NCBI GenBank assembly: GCA_000091205.1
Contig: AP006501.2
Length of the DNA: 64,000 bases
Strand: one strand, 5' to 3'
From: Cyanidioschyzon merolae
Lineage: Eukaryota
The notes under the pieces are model-generated. The model worked only from the letters and a program-made list of their open reading frames with translations, searched no databases and had not been told where the DNA came from. Made by a program: the position numbers and the translations under genes. Shown here piece by piece: positions 11,351-20,712 of the stretch (the stretch's first letter is position 1; the number at the start of each line of letters is the position of its first letter).

Positions 11351-12424
11351 CTACGAAAAGAGGCGGCATAGGGCAGCTCGCTCAAGATTCGCTTCGATTG
11401 CCTTGGATGCCGACAGGTAGTACCATTCTTTCTTGCTCTGCCCAGTTAAGTAACTCTTTGCATCTCCGTATTCAAAGAAATAAGGTGGCCAGAGCACTCT
11501 TGTAGTCGCCTTGTTATATATGACATCCACATCCGCGACGCCTCCCGATTGAATAACCTTGTTCACATCGATTGTGCTCAGACTCGCGTCCAGACGAAAC
11601 CGCTGAAGAATCTGCTCTGCACCGAGCGCCGATATCGCGTATGCTGCAGTGCCATAAGTTAGATGCCGAATATGGGGCAGCACAAATCTCGCAGTACAAT
11701 TGATGCCCAGAGTCTCGAGCTTGAGTTCCTCAGAATAGCCAGCACGCAGCAGAGACACCAGCTTCAATTCCATCTGTAAGACTGGTCGGTCTTTGGTACA
11801 TGCTGCTGCAGCAAGATCGGCAACATTGCTTTCCCATAGCGGCAGAATTTCTAGCGAGGCGTCGTCTTCAAGTAAGAGCGCTGTTCGACAACCCGCACTG
11901 CGGACCCAGAGCAGTGCCAGTAAGTGCGAAACGGAGCACGCAACCTGCGCGTCTATTGACTCCAACTTGACCGGACCTGTGAACGCGAAGACGCGTTCCT
12001 GTCTTTCTGCCAAGGACCCAGTTTCGGCTATATCCCTTCGGTAAGCATCTTTCAGGTCCACCTCTGAAACGCCTTGCAGGTGCAGCACGTTCGGCTGATG
12101 AGCGAACCATTGAACGACTTGCGCGAGCCCCGGGCTCCGTGGCGTCTTCTCGAGGCCTACGACCACGAGACAGTGATCTTTTCTATCCAGCGATAGCTTT
12201 TCCAGAACCTGCTCCGTCAGTTCGTCACCTGTCTTCCAAAGGCGAAACGCGGGTTTCTCGAGTGCCGCGCTCACAGAAGGCAGCCGCCGCCGCTGCACGA
12301 AAAGGCGCCGGTGCAGCACCAGCGTTGCAGCGATGAGCACCAAGGCTACCAGAACAAGCACCCGCAGGACCCGCCTCGATAACGGTCGACAGACAAGATA
12401 TTCCATATTTTTGTCCTCACGCAT
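11351..12424 (-). CDS. glycosyltransferase family 25-like type-II membrane protein (paralog A)
   Basis: The start is an ATG. An N-terminal signal anchor LVLVALVLIAATLVL is present. The GT25-like motif is ACSVSHLLALLWVRSAGCRTALLLEDDASL. It is a clear paralog of the ORF at 39062..40120, sharing the blocks PGLA.VV.WF, SVSHLLAL.W and LWPPY. Confidence 0.55.
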   Translation of the reverse strand: MREDKNMEYLVCRPLSRRVLRVLVLVALVLIAATLVLHRRLFVQRRRLPSVSAALEKPAFRLWKTGDELTEQVLEKLSLDRKDHCLVVVGLEKTPRSPGLAQVVQWFAHQPNVLHLQGVSEVDLKDAYRRDIAETGSLAERQERVFAFTGPVKLESIDAQVACSVSHLLALLWVRSAGCRTALLLEDDASLEILPLWESNVADLAAAACTKDRPVLQMELKLVSLLRAGYSEELKLETLGINCTARFVLPHIRHLTYGTAAYAISALGAEQILQRFRLDASLSTIDVNKVIQSGGVADVDVIYNKATTRVLWPPYFFEYGDAKSYLTGQSKKEWYYLSASKAIEANLERAALCRLFS

Positions 12425-14256
12425 CCTACGAGCTCGGCGACCATACGCTCTGCAGCTTTCTTAGAGCCCTCCAAACTTCGGGGCTACACGTTTCGCACGC
12501 ATGGCGCCGCACCGGACACGTGTCGCATTCTCATACGAATCGCCAGTGCTCGATGTCGAATCGCCGACGGTGGCGTGTGCTGGGAAAGTGTCCATATGAT
12601 ACATGCTTGTTCTATCTTTGCCATTTATCTTCCTTGCGGGATGGATATTGATGTTCGGGCATGCGTCCATCATGCTTCATGCTCCGTCCAAGTACCATAA
12701 ACCAAACATTCTTTCGGATATACTGGTCATTCCGTATGTTCAATCGTGCACCAAGTGGCGGCCTTGCTGCGTCCCCAATAGCACCTGTACCGCTGGTACG
12801 GATCAAGTACGGAGACAGAACAGCTTTGCCACACCACTAAGAGCGTGGGCCCGAGGCCGAATGTATTCGAAAACCGGGCCGGGATTCGTGATCATGCTGG
12901 GAGCCTGTAAGCTGCGCAGACAAAAACTACTGCCTGTGGCAGCGCGAAGCGATGTTGTACGGGTCCAATGCGACCTGGACGACGCCCAGACGCAGCCGAT
13001 ATGCTCCTAGTCCCAGACTAAACTGCGTTGCGGACGAGCTGCTCAGGTGTTACTCCAACGTCCGCCAATGGGGACGCACGAAGCGTTTGCCCAGCAGACT
13101 CGTCGAGCTCGCGGGACCTTCCGCCTACAAGGTAGACTTTAGAATTTACGGAAAACATTGCCCGCTTTCAACGCATACCGTTGAGGGGAAAGAAATCGTT
13201 ATCTCATCGCTAGTTAGTGGTTCGTTTGTGTTCTTTACTATGAGGATCGTTCAACACCTCATCCGTCGTCGATGCTTTCTTCGTGCCCTCTCCTTTGCAC
13301 GAGAACAATGAATCTCCGAGCGGCATTCCAGATATCACTGCAGCGTGGCTGCTATCGCGAAGGTTCAGCACACTGTATCGGCCTTGTGTGACGTCTTGCG
13401 AACGTGCCCCTTGCGAAGGCGTGAGCAACGCAGGGTTGGGGCTCTAAATGCACTGAAAGATGCAGCGATGGAAACTGGAGTGAGGGAGCTGAGCGACCGA
13501 CCTCCCGTCGTACGTGGAACGTATTGAAACCCATCAAACAGAACGAAAGGGTAGCGTCGAATGTGCGTGTGGTGGACATCGATGAATTGCGGACGTCGAT
13601 CACGTGTTTTTGGTGCACAAGTTGCCTCCCGAAAATGACTGGGATGACGACGAGACTCATCACCAACGACGCAACGAAAGAAAAAGATTGATGTCGTGTA
13701 TTGCTCGGATCCCCAAAGTGCAGCTCCACTAGAGTGTCAGACGCCAGGGCAGAGGGTAATCTTCCAGCCGAGGCACCATATCAAACCGTGACAACAGTGG
13801 ATGCTCCAGCACTTTGTAGCTGTTAAAGATCAGAATGAGAGGAGGTCAACAACCTGCATCGCTTCGTCGCACAAGAGAAATTAGAAATCCAAGCCCAGAG
13901 GGAAAAAGCTTATAATCCTCCCATACCAGAGTTCTTGATACGAGAGAATGGCTGTTGTGTCCTGGGTCTCGTACACAACGAGCATGATGTACTCTGATAC
14001 AGCAATGAGACAGCATTGGTATCAGATCGTACGCAGAGCCTGGCGGAGGCACCCGCGAGCCGTCGCGAAGCGCAGCTCCTGATGCGCGCGTCGATGCTGC
14101 AATCTGAAAGCGGCGGCGGCATCGCGACGCTGCACCACAGAGACTGCTTCGAGACGTTCATGCCTTACTGCTGTGATTCACGAGCGCTTCACCATAACCG
14201 TGCCTTACACTGCGGAAAACTTTTGGGACTCTTGTAAAGAGTGGTCTGGTTCCTAG

Positions 14257-15438
14257 ATGGTGCTAAATATACCTCGGCCGTTGAGCAAGGTTGCGGGTCC
14301 GCGGGAGATTGTTCGTCAGTTCGTGCCGAGCTGGTTTGCAGTGACCATGGGTACGGGGATCCTGGCGGTAGTCATTAAAGACTTCCCGTTCCAGTTTCCG
14401 CACCAAGACGACCTCGGCTGGGCGTATTGGTTCTTTAACGTCGGATTGTTTGGGATCTTTTCGATTCTCTTTCTGAGCCGATGGATTTTTTTCTTTAACG
14501 ACGCCATCCCAATGTTCCATCATCCTGTTCAATCCATGTTTCTTGGCGCTATTCCAATGGGTCTTGCAACAATCGTTAACGGGTTGGTGCTCTTTGGCAC
14601 GCCGCACTGGGGCAACAGTGCAACGATAGCGGCCATCGTGCTTTGGTTTGTGGATGTGGGCCTCGCGGTCCTTTGTGGGCTGCTTGTTCCGATATTCATG
14701 CTCACGACACATTCGCACGCTTTGGAAAGCATGAGCGCAGTCTGGCTTCTACCAGTGGTTCCTGGCGAAGTCGCAGCGGCCTCTGGAGGTCTCCTGCTCG
14801 CGGTCGTTCAGAACCAGCGGCTTGCTCAGAATATTGCGTTCATCAGCATGCTCTTATGGGGATTTTCGGTCCCGCTCTCAATGAGCATTTTGGTGATATT
14901 CTTCTTGCGTCTCGTACTGCACAAGCTACCGCCATCAGATCTAATTATTAGTTGTCTCCTTCCGCTGGGCCCGATAGGTACCGGGGCGCTAGCTGCCACC
15001 GAACTGGGACTCTACGCGAAGCGCACCTTTGAGAACAGCGGTTATGGCGTCTCCGCGACAACTTTCCAGAGCTTGGCCTCTGCCACCCCGGCAATTGCCA
15101 TGTTCGTTGCTACTGCTTTGTGGGGCTATGGCGTCTGGTGGCTGGTGATTGCCATTTTTGCAATCGGGCACACGCTAAGAAACCGACTACCATTTAATCT
15201 GGGATGGTGGGGTTTGATCTTCCCTCTGGGCGTGTTCACTGCATCAACAGCAGATCTTTACAAATTAACGGATTTCTATCTGTTTCGCATACCAGCAGCG
15301 GTGCTTATATGCATCCTATTCGTGCTGTGGTGGGTTGTTATGTTCCACACGGTGGTACGAGCTTATTCAGGGGAGTTATTTTATGCACCGTGCCTTGGAC
15401 CACGACAGGCTTGTACGCAAAACGAGCTTGAGATTTGA
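14257..15438 (+). CDS. TDT-family (TehA/Mae1/SLAC1-like) C4-dicarboxylate / anion transporter
   Basis: The start is an ATG. The protein has ~10 predicted TM helices. Its N-terminal signature WFAVTMGTGILAVV is typical of the tellurite-resistance/dicarboxylate transporter family. Confidence 0.7.
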   Translation: MVLNIPRPLSKVAGPREIVRQFVPSWFAVTMGTGILAVVIKDFPFQFPHQDDLGWAYWFFNVGLFGIFSILFLSRWIFFFNDAIPMFHHPVQSMFLGAIPMGLATIVNGLVLFGTPHWGNSATIAAIVLWFVDVGLAVLCGLLVPIFMLTTHSHALESMSAVWLLPVVPGEVAAASGGLLLAVVQNQRLAQNIAFISMLLWGFSVPLSMSILVIFFLRLVLHKLPPSDLIISCLLPLGPIGTGALAATELGLYAKRTFENSGYGVSATTFQSLASATPAIAMFVATALWGYGVWWLVIAIFAIGHTLRNRLPFNLGWWGLIFPLGVFTASTADLYKLTDFYLFRIPAAVLICILFVLWWVVMFHTVVRAYSGELFYAPCLGPRQACTQNELEI

Positions 15439-16082
15439 GTGGGTCATCTATGAATAGTCAGCTGCAGTCGATAAAGTATCCACATTGTCGAAGTGAACTG
15501 GCAACACTTATGAATCTGCGGTTCAAGAAAATCAGTGCTGGATTTCAGGCCGCTCCAGCAGGTGCAAACCTTACCGTCCTTGACGCGGAAGCACGCGGCT
15601 GTCAGCGCTCCATATGCAGTCGTGCTCACAGAGTGCCGGATCAGGTAACTTGCGTAGTTAAACAATTTAAATCAGTTCCGCATTCCAAGGTCCATGCAGA
15701 ATGAACTAGAAGCATAAGGAATACACGCATACCCGAGCTCGCGAACTGGTGCGTGACTAGTTTGTTTACGACCAAGATGCATAACAAAACTACCATTAAC
15801 TAGTTTTTTCCAGTGACAAACGTTTACTTAGGCCAGCGTTCTCCGAATATGCGCATTTTTTTCCATTGACAAAACTACCATTGACTAGTGGAATGCACGC
15901 CTCACTTGCCAACGCGCTGACCAGCGCTGATACCAGGACGCGCTGCTACGCAGCATCCGCTTCGGTGCTCCTAAACTTTAGGGCGATACTCCAGCGCTGT
16001 AGTGTTTGCTGGATCAGACCTGAATATGACTTAGTCAACTTTAAACGGTTCCTCTAGCGTCTTTCTCAATAGAGTTTTGAAG

Positions 16083-17369
16083 ATGCGGATCGCGAGAGGT
16101 GTTTTGTTCTGGCTGCTCTGTGTGAACTTTTGCTGGTGCCACTTATCCATCGGTGCGCTGCGGGCGGTACGAGCGATTTCCGTGTCTGAGGAAGTCTCGC
16201 TTCCAGGGTTTCGCCTCTTTCCTCGGGTTCCTCAGTCTGAGGCGAGTACTATTTTCTTTCGGGATCTGCTGCTCCCGAAAAAAACTTACAGTATCGACTG
16301 GAGCGCGGAAGCTTCGAGCCGATCGCTGACGAGTGGCTTGCGCAATGATAGAGGCACGTTTACGACAAGCGAGGGAAACGTTACGTACGTGCAGACGTTG
16401 CGGGACGCTGACGGACACCTCTATGTGTGTCGTGTACCAGCAGATGAGCCTGCAACGCCCAACAACGTTGAGACGGTATCCATGGATGTGGAATCGGAGC
16501 CTACCATCGATCTGGACGCGGCTCTGCAGAAACAGCTGAAGGACAAGTGCTTCTACCGGCAGGGAGGTTGGCGGGTGTTCGAGTTCTGTTTTCACAGGCA
16601 CGTGCGCCATTTTCACTGGGAGAGACGGCGCTCGATGCCTGCAGAGCGCGAGCGAATTCGTGCGGAGATTGAACAACTTCTGAAGGAGCACGTTTTCCCC
16701 GAAGGCCCGAATGGCGAACCTGGTAGAAAACGTTTCCTGCGGCTGCTGATACAGGCTCAACAAATACCACCTGACGGGAGCCTGAACCTCATCATCAAGG
16801 ACGAGGTCTGCATGGGCATGTACGATGAAGCACTCGACCGCGAAAGGATACGTAACGGCACGAATTTGATCACCAGTGGTGCCTTTTTCAGCGGGCGACG
16901 CTGGCAGGCACCCCCGCAAGCAACCAACGGTGCTGCGTCGCGCGTCGACCGTGGGTCGGACGCTGAGTACCGCCTGGAATCCGATGGACGTGTGCTCCCA
17001 GTTGCAGGGGAAGGTATCGGAAGCGCCGTCGCTTACTTGGTGCAACCGTATACGAGAGACGGGGATCATTGCGACATAACAGGACGTCCACGCCGCACGA
17101 TGGTACGCTACCGTTGCATTGAGGATGTTCCGCGGATTGCAATTTTCGATCCATCCCCCGTGGTAAGCTCGTTCATTGCCTCCGTGCATGAGCGAAGCAC
17201 CTGCGAATACGACCTCGTTTTTGTGACGGATGCGGTCTGCTCACATCCAGCTTTTGTTTCACCTGCACGCCATTCGGTGCCCGTTGTATGCGAACGCATG
17301 TCATCTGAGATGGAAGCGATAAACATTTCGCCGGGTAGCGCGCAGCATCCTGCTCTGCATCGTAGTTGA
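16083..17369 (+). CDS. OS9: OS-9/Yos9-like ER lectin with mannose-6-phosphate receptor homology (MRH) domain
   Basis: A signal peptide MRIARGVLFWLLCVNFCWC is present. MRH block CFYRQGGWRVFEFCFHRHVRHFH matches OS-9 (cf. OS-9 CLL..WWTYEFCYGRHIQQYH). Block CDITGRPRRTMVRYRCIED...STCEYDLVFVTDAVCSHPAF matches OS-9 (cf. CDLNGRPREAEVRFLC...SCSYVLTIRTPRLCPHP). The ORF-track start at 16077 is TTG. The ATG is at 16083. Confidence 0.75.
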   Translation: MRIARGVLFWLLCVNFCWCHLSIGALRAVRAISVSEEVSLPGFRLFPRVPQSEASTIFFRDLLLPKKTYSIDWSAEASSRSLTSGLRNDRGTFTTSEGNVTYVQTLRDADGHLYVCRVPADEPATPNNVETVSMDVESEPTIDLDAALQKQLKDKCFYRQGGWRVFEFCFHRHVRHFHWERRRSMPAERERIRAEIEQLLKEHVFPEGPNGEPGRKRFLRLLIQAQQIPPDGSLNLIIKDEVCMGMYDEALDRERIRNGTNLITSGAFFSGRRWQAPPQATNGAASRVDRGSDAEYRLESDGRVLPVAGEGIGSAVAYLVQPYTRDGDHCDITGRPRRTMVRYRCIEDVPRIAIFDPSPVVSSFIASVHERSTCEYDLVFVTDAVCSHPAFVSPARHSVPVVCERMSSEMEAINISPGSAQHPALHRS

Positions 17370-18109
17370 CGATGGTGCTGCTATGAACGTGATTCCTTTC
17401 CAATTGCGAAGACATGGGGATGAAAGGGAGTCAAATGCATGTGCGTCTCTGGTACAATGAGGCGAGCTGAGCACTGCGACACGCTCTGCGGGTTGTGATG
17501 TTCATGGTTCCCGGCTACTGCCCGGCTAGGATCTAGGGTTCGCGTCGCCTCCAAGACTCGCCACTTCGGCAGAATCACTCATGGACAATGATCACCTGAT
17601 GAAGATCGCATATTCGCTGGAGCATGCCTGACAGCTCTAGAGCCCGTCGATACGACGGGGGATCGCCTACTCGACGGGCACATGCGATTGGAGCATTCTC
17701 CTCGAGCGGTATGCCTTCACTGGGATCCGCGCTTCGCTGCGACTTGTGAGTACAGCGCGATATCCAGCGGAATTGTTGGTCCTGTGTCGTTGCTCCGTAG
17801 GCGTCGGCGCTTTCGAATGCTTTGCGCTCTGGTGAGCAGTGGTTATCCATATGACCGAGTGCATCCGTTCATGCTGGAACCTGGAAGGCAAGCTGGGGTT
17901 TATCTGGATGTGGAGACGCTTTCATCGCTCCGGTAGCCTGGGCATCTCCTGGGATACGTCTGCAATCCATGCAACTGCTAGAAGAGCAACGTCTTTTACC
18001 GGATCTGGATGCGGCGACGCTGTCATAGCTGCGGGTACCCTGGCCATCTTCTGAGCTACATTTGGACGGAGGCGCGGACTCATTTCATCAGAACACACGA
18101 AGCGCATCT

Positions 18110-20428
18110 TTAACGCCATTGAATGATGCTTAGACCGTCTCGAATAGGCAAAATGACCTGCGTAACGCGTGCATCTTCCAGTACGTGTTGGTTAAAGGCA
18201 TGAACCGCGTCCATGAGCTTCCGACTGCGTAGCGCGATGCGCTCTGCATGTTCGCCAAATTCAACATCCTCCATTTGGGCGTGTTTCTGCTTCCCGTAAA
18301 CAGGCCGAAACAGAACATTATCGACAAGCAACGCACCATTCGGAGATAAGAGTCTATGATCCAGGATGAAATCAAAGTAGGTGATGTACCGGCGCTTGTC
18401 AGCGTCGAGATATATGAGATCAAAAGGCGCAACAGCTTGGTCGCGGAAGCGCTCCAGTACATCCAAAACGGCGCCTCGGTGCAGCTCAATAGGCGCCAGC
18501 TGACCAGCAACACATTTGAAGAACTGCTCGGCGGTGTCTGCAGCGTTGGGGTCCTGCTCAACCGTCACCACAGTTTGGACGTGGTTCGGACCCATGGCGC
18601 CAGCAAAACACAACGTTGCATAACCGGTAAACGTGCCCAGCTCGAGCACACGTTGCGCTCGCAACAGCCTAGCGACCGCGTGCAGGACGGCACCTTGGAC
18701 AGGTCCACTCATCATGTGCGCGGCTTGCGGGAACTTGCGATGCGTCTCGGCCGCGAGCTCCCGCAGGATTGGTGCTTCGGTACCCCAGGGAGCGGTGCGG
18801 CTCATGGTCTGTGCGTACCAGTGCAGCTCATTGCTAGCGCTTGCGAGTGCAAGCTCGAGACCTCGCTGGCACTCGGGGCTACAGCATCCCGAGAGCCGGT
18901 GGCGACAACGTGCGCACTGGATCATCCGTCGATGGCAAGGTACATGCGCACAGTGCAAGACGTCCAGTGCTGGGGCACTGCACGTTTCACATCGGCTCAA
19001 AATATCATTCGTCACCGGGGTTTTGAGGCGTTCATCGAATACATAGATGGATCCTTTGAATTTGGGATCCCATCCTTGACGATGCGCCTCTGCGGCGTAC
19101 GAAACGACGCCGCCGGCAAGTCGCTCCACGCGTTGAAATCCGAGGCGGTTCTCCAGATAGGCAGCTGCTTTGACACAGCGAATTCCGCCTGTGCAAAAAG
19201 TGAGTATCCGTCGATCTCGAGGCTCGTTTGCTAGACGCGCCTCAAGCGCTTTCCAAGTCTCCCGGTAGGTGCGGGTGTTCAGGGGGCGAGCCTCAGCGCT
19301 CCCGAAAAATGTTCCAAGCTGCGTCTCGTAATCATTCCTCACGTCGATCAGAATGGCGTGCGGGTCTTCCAAAGCCTGATGCCACTCTGCCGGGCTCAGC
19401 TCTCGACCAGCTTGCGTCAGATCAAGCGGCTCCTTGAGACCGTCAGCGACGATTTTCTGCCGACAACGGATATGTAGGTTACGAAACGGAGGCTGTGCAG
19501 CGAATTGAGCTGCCGACAGCAACTGTGGATCCAAGTTCAGATAGACACCAGCGAGTTCAACCAGGTACGGAGACTCGGCTTCGAGCAACCGCTTCAACGC
19601 GTCGAGGCTACGCAGAGGAACTGCGACCTGCGCGTTGATGCCCTCCGGTGCTATGTAGATGCGACCGCGAATCGCCAGTGGTTTCAGGTAGAAACGTAGA
19701 CGAGAGGCGAGCTCTTCCGGCTCTGCAATGGGCACAAAGCGATAGAATGAAAGCATTTGGATATCTTCGTCTACGGCATCGAGCTCCTTGGCTGGATAAA
19801 ATGGCGGCAACATCCGTGCCCGCTGCCGTTCTCGTACCCCGTCGGTGTTTCGGGGCCGCTGTCGAAACTCCTCTATCATAGAATCGCTGATTTGCGGGTC
19901 GAAACGCAGATACAGAGGGGCTTTGGCTTGCCAAGCCTCTTTTAACAGTGCATCAGAGTCAACGAGCTCCAGCGAGTCTGGCCTGTGTGCAACAAGGACA
20001 ACGTGAAGCGGTGTGCCCTCGAGTCGTTGCAGCGCTGAGAAGCGTTCCCATATCCCTTTTCGAAGCAATTCAAGACTCGGCTCGGTTCCGGGAACAAAGA
20101 TGCGTCCTTTCCGGTCACTGGCCGCCACCCGAAGAGCAGCTCGTAGTTGCGGTGCTAAATAGACCCGAAATACCCACTGGGCACCCTGGAACTCGCGTTC
20201 TGGTTCACGAGTGCTTCCGGTCACATAAGCCAGATCCGGCACGTTTGCTGATAGGTGCCGAAGCACGCTCCGCTGCGACCGGCGACGGCATGCGGCGACC
20301 TTGAGACCTCGCCGAAACGCAAAACAGAAAGTTTTCGAAGGCGAACTTGTCCAGAAAGCGACGGGTTGTGCGAAAGCGACTGCCTTCAACTGTGTACACG
20401 GCGACATCCACAGCATGAGCAAACGCAT
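18110..20428 (-). CDS. fusion protein: TrhO/YceA-type rhodanese tRNA U34 hydroxylase domain + class-I family-3 O-methyltransferase (TrmR/CCoAOMT-like) domain
   Basis: The start is an ATG. A UPF0176/TrhO N-domain is present (MLSFYRFVPIAEPEELASRLRFYLKPLAIRGRIYIAPEGINAQV). A rhodanese domain with the catalytic Cys follows (ILTFCTGGIRCVKAAAYL) and then a Cys-rich tail. The C-terminal ~220 aa form an OMT family-3 fold (VLELGTFTGYATLCFAGAM...FDLIYLDADKRRYITYFDFIL...LLVDNVLF). Confidence 0.7.
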   Translation of the reverse strand: MRLLMLWMSPCTQLKAVAFAQPVAFWTSSPSKTFCFAFRRGLKVAACRRRSQRSVLRHLSANVPDLAYVTGSTREPEREFQGAQWVFRVYLAPQLRAALRVAASDRKGRIFVPGTEPSLELLRKGIWERFSALQRLEGTPLHVVLVAHRPDSLELVDSDALLKEAWQAKAPLYLRFDPQISDSMIEEFRQRPRNTDGVRERQRARMLPPFYPAKELDAVDEDIQMLSFYRFVPIAEPEELASRLRFYLKPLAIRGRIYIAPEGINAQVAVPLRSLDALKRLLEAESPYLVELAGVYLNLDPQLLSAAQFAAQPPFRNLHIRCRQKIVADGLKEPLDLTQAGRELSPAEWHQALEDPHAILIDVRNDYETQLGTFFGSAEARPLNTRTYRETWKALEARLANEPRDRRILTFCTGGIRCVKAAAYLENRLGFQRVERLAGGVVSYAAEAHRQGWDPKFKGSIYVFDERLKTPVTNDILSRCETCSAPALDVLHCAHVPCHRRMIQCARCRHRLSGCCSPECQRGLELALASASNELHWYAQTMSRTAPWGTEAPILRELAAETHRKFPQAAHMMSGPVQGAVLHAVARLLRAQRVLELGTFTGYATLCFAGAMGPNHVQTVVTVEQDPNAADTAEQFFKCVAGQLAPIELHRGAVLDVLERFRDQAVAPFDLIYLDADKRRYITYFDFILDHRLLSPNGALLVDNVLFRPVYGKQKHAQMEDVEFGEHAERIALRSRKLMDAVHAFNQHVLEDARVTQVILPIRDGLSIIQWR

Positions 20429-20673
20429 GAGAAGAGAACGTGTCTCGGAGACCCGATACCTCCCGTGTGTCTAGACGGAAGCCGTACCCCTGTTTCCCTT
20501 AAGCGCCGGTGCACGCGAACTCGTACCGAGTCGAGGCAACGACCAGACAAGCCGAGGTGCCGGTACGCTTTCACCAGCCTGTTCCGAGCTCCGAGTCCAA
20601 TCAGTGCAGAAAACTTTTACAACGGCGTTTCGTTACCCTCTGGGCAGTGCAGGTGCCACGAAATGAAGGAACT

Positions 20674-20679
<6 letters not shown>

Positions 20680-20711
<32 letters not shown>

Positions 20712-20712
20712 A
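20680..20712. repeat. (CAG)11 microsatellite
   Basis: The run cagcagcagcagcagcagcagcagcagcagcag is directly visible. It lies in the intergenic space upstream of the TrhO-fusion gene. Confidence 0.9.

Noticed and set aside
16143-17189. 348-aa ORF on the minus strand, together with similar long antisense ORFs (e.g. 18356..19234 +, 29510..30187 -, 34791..35354 -, 40731..41309 -, 56992..57549 -)
   Set aside because: Each lies entirely antisense to a gene with strong conserved-domain support. High GC suppresses stop codons on the opposite strand, so long antisense ORFs are expected and carry no recognisable motifs.
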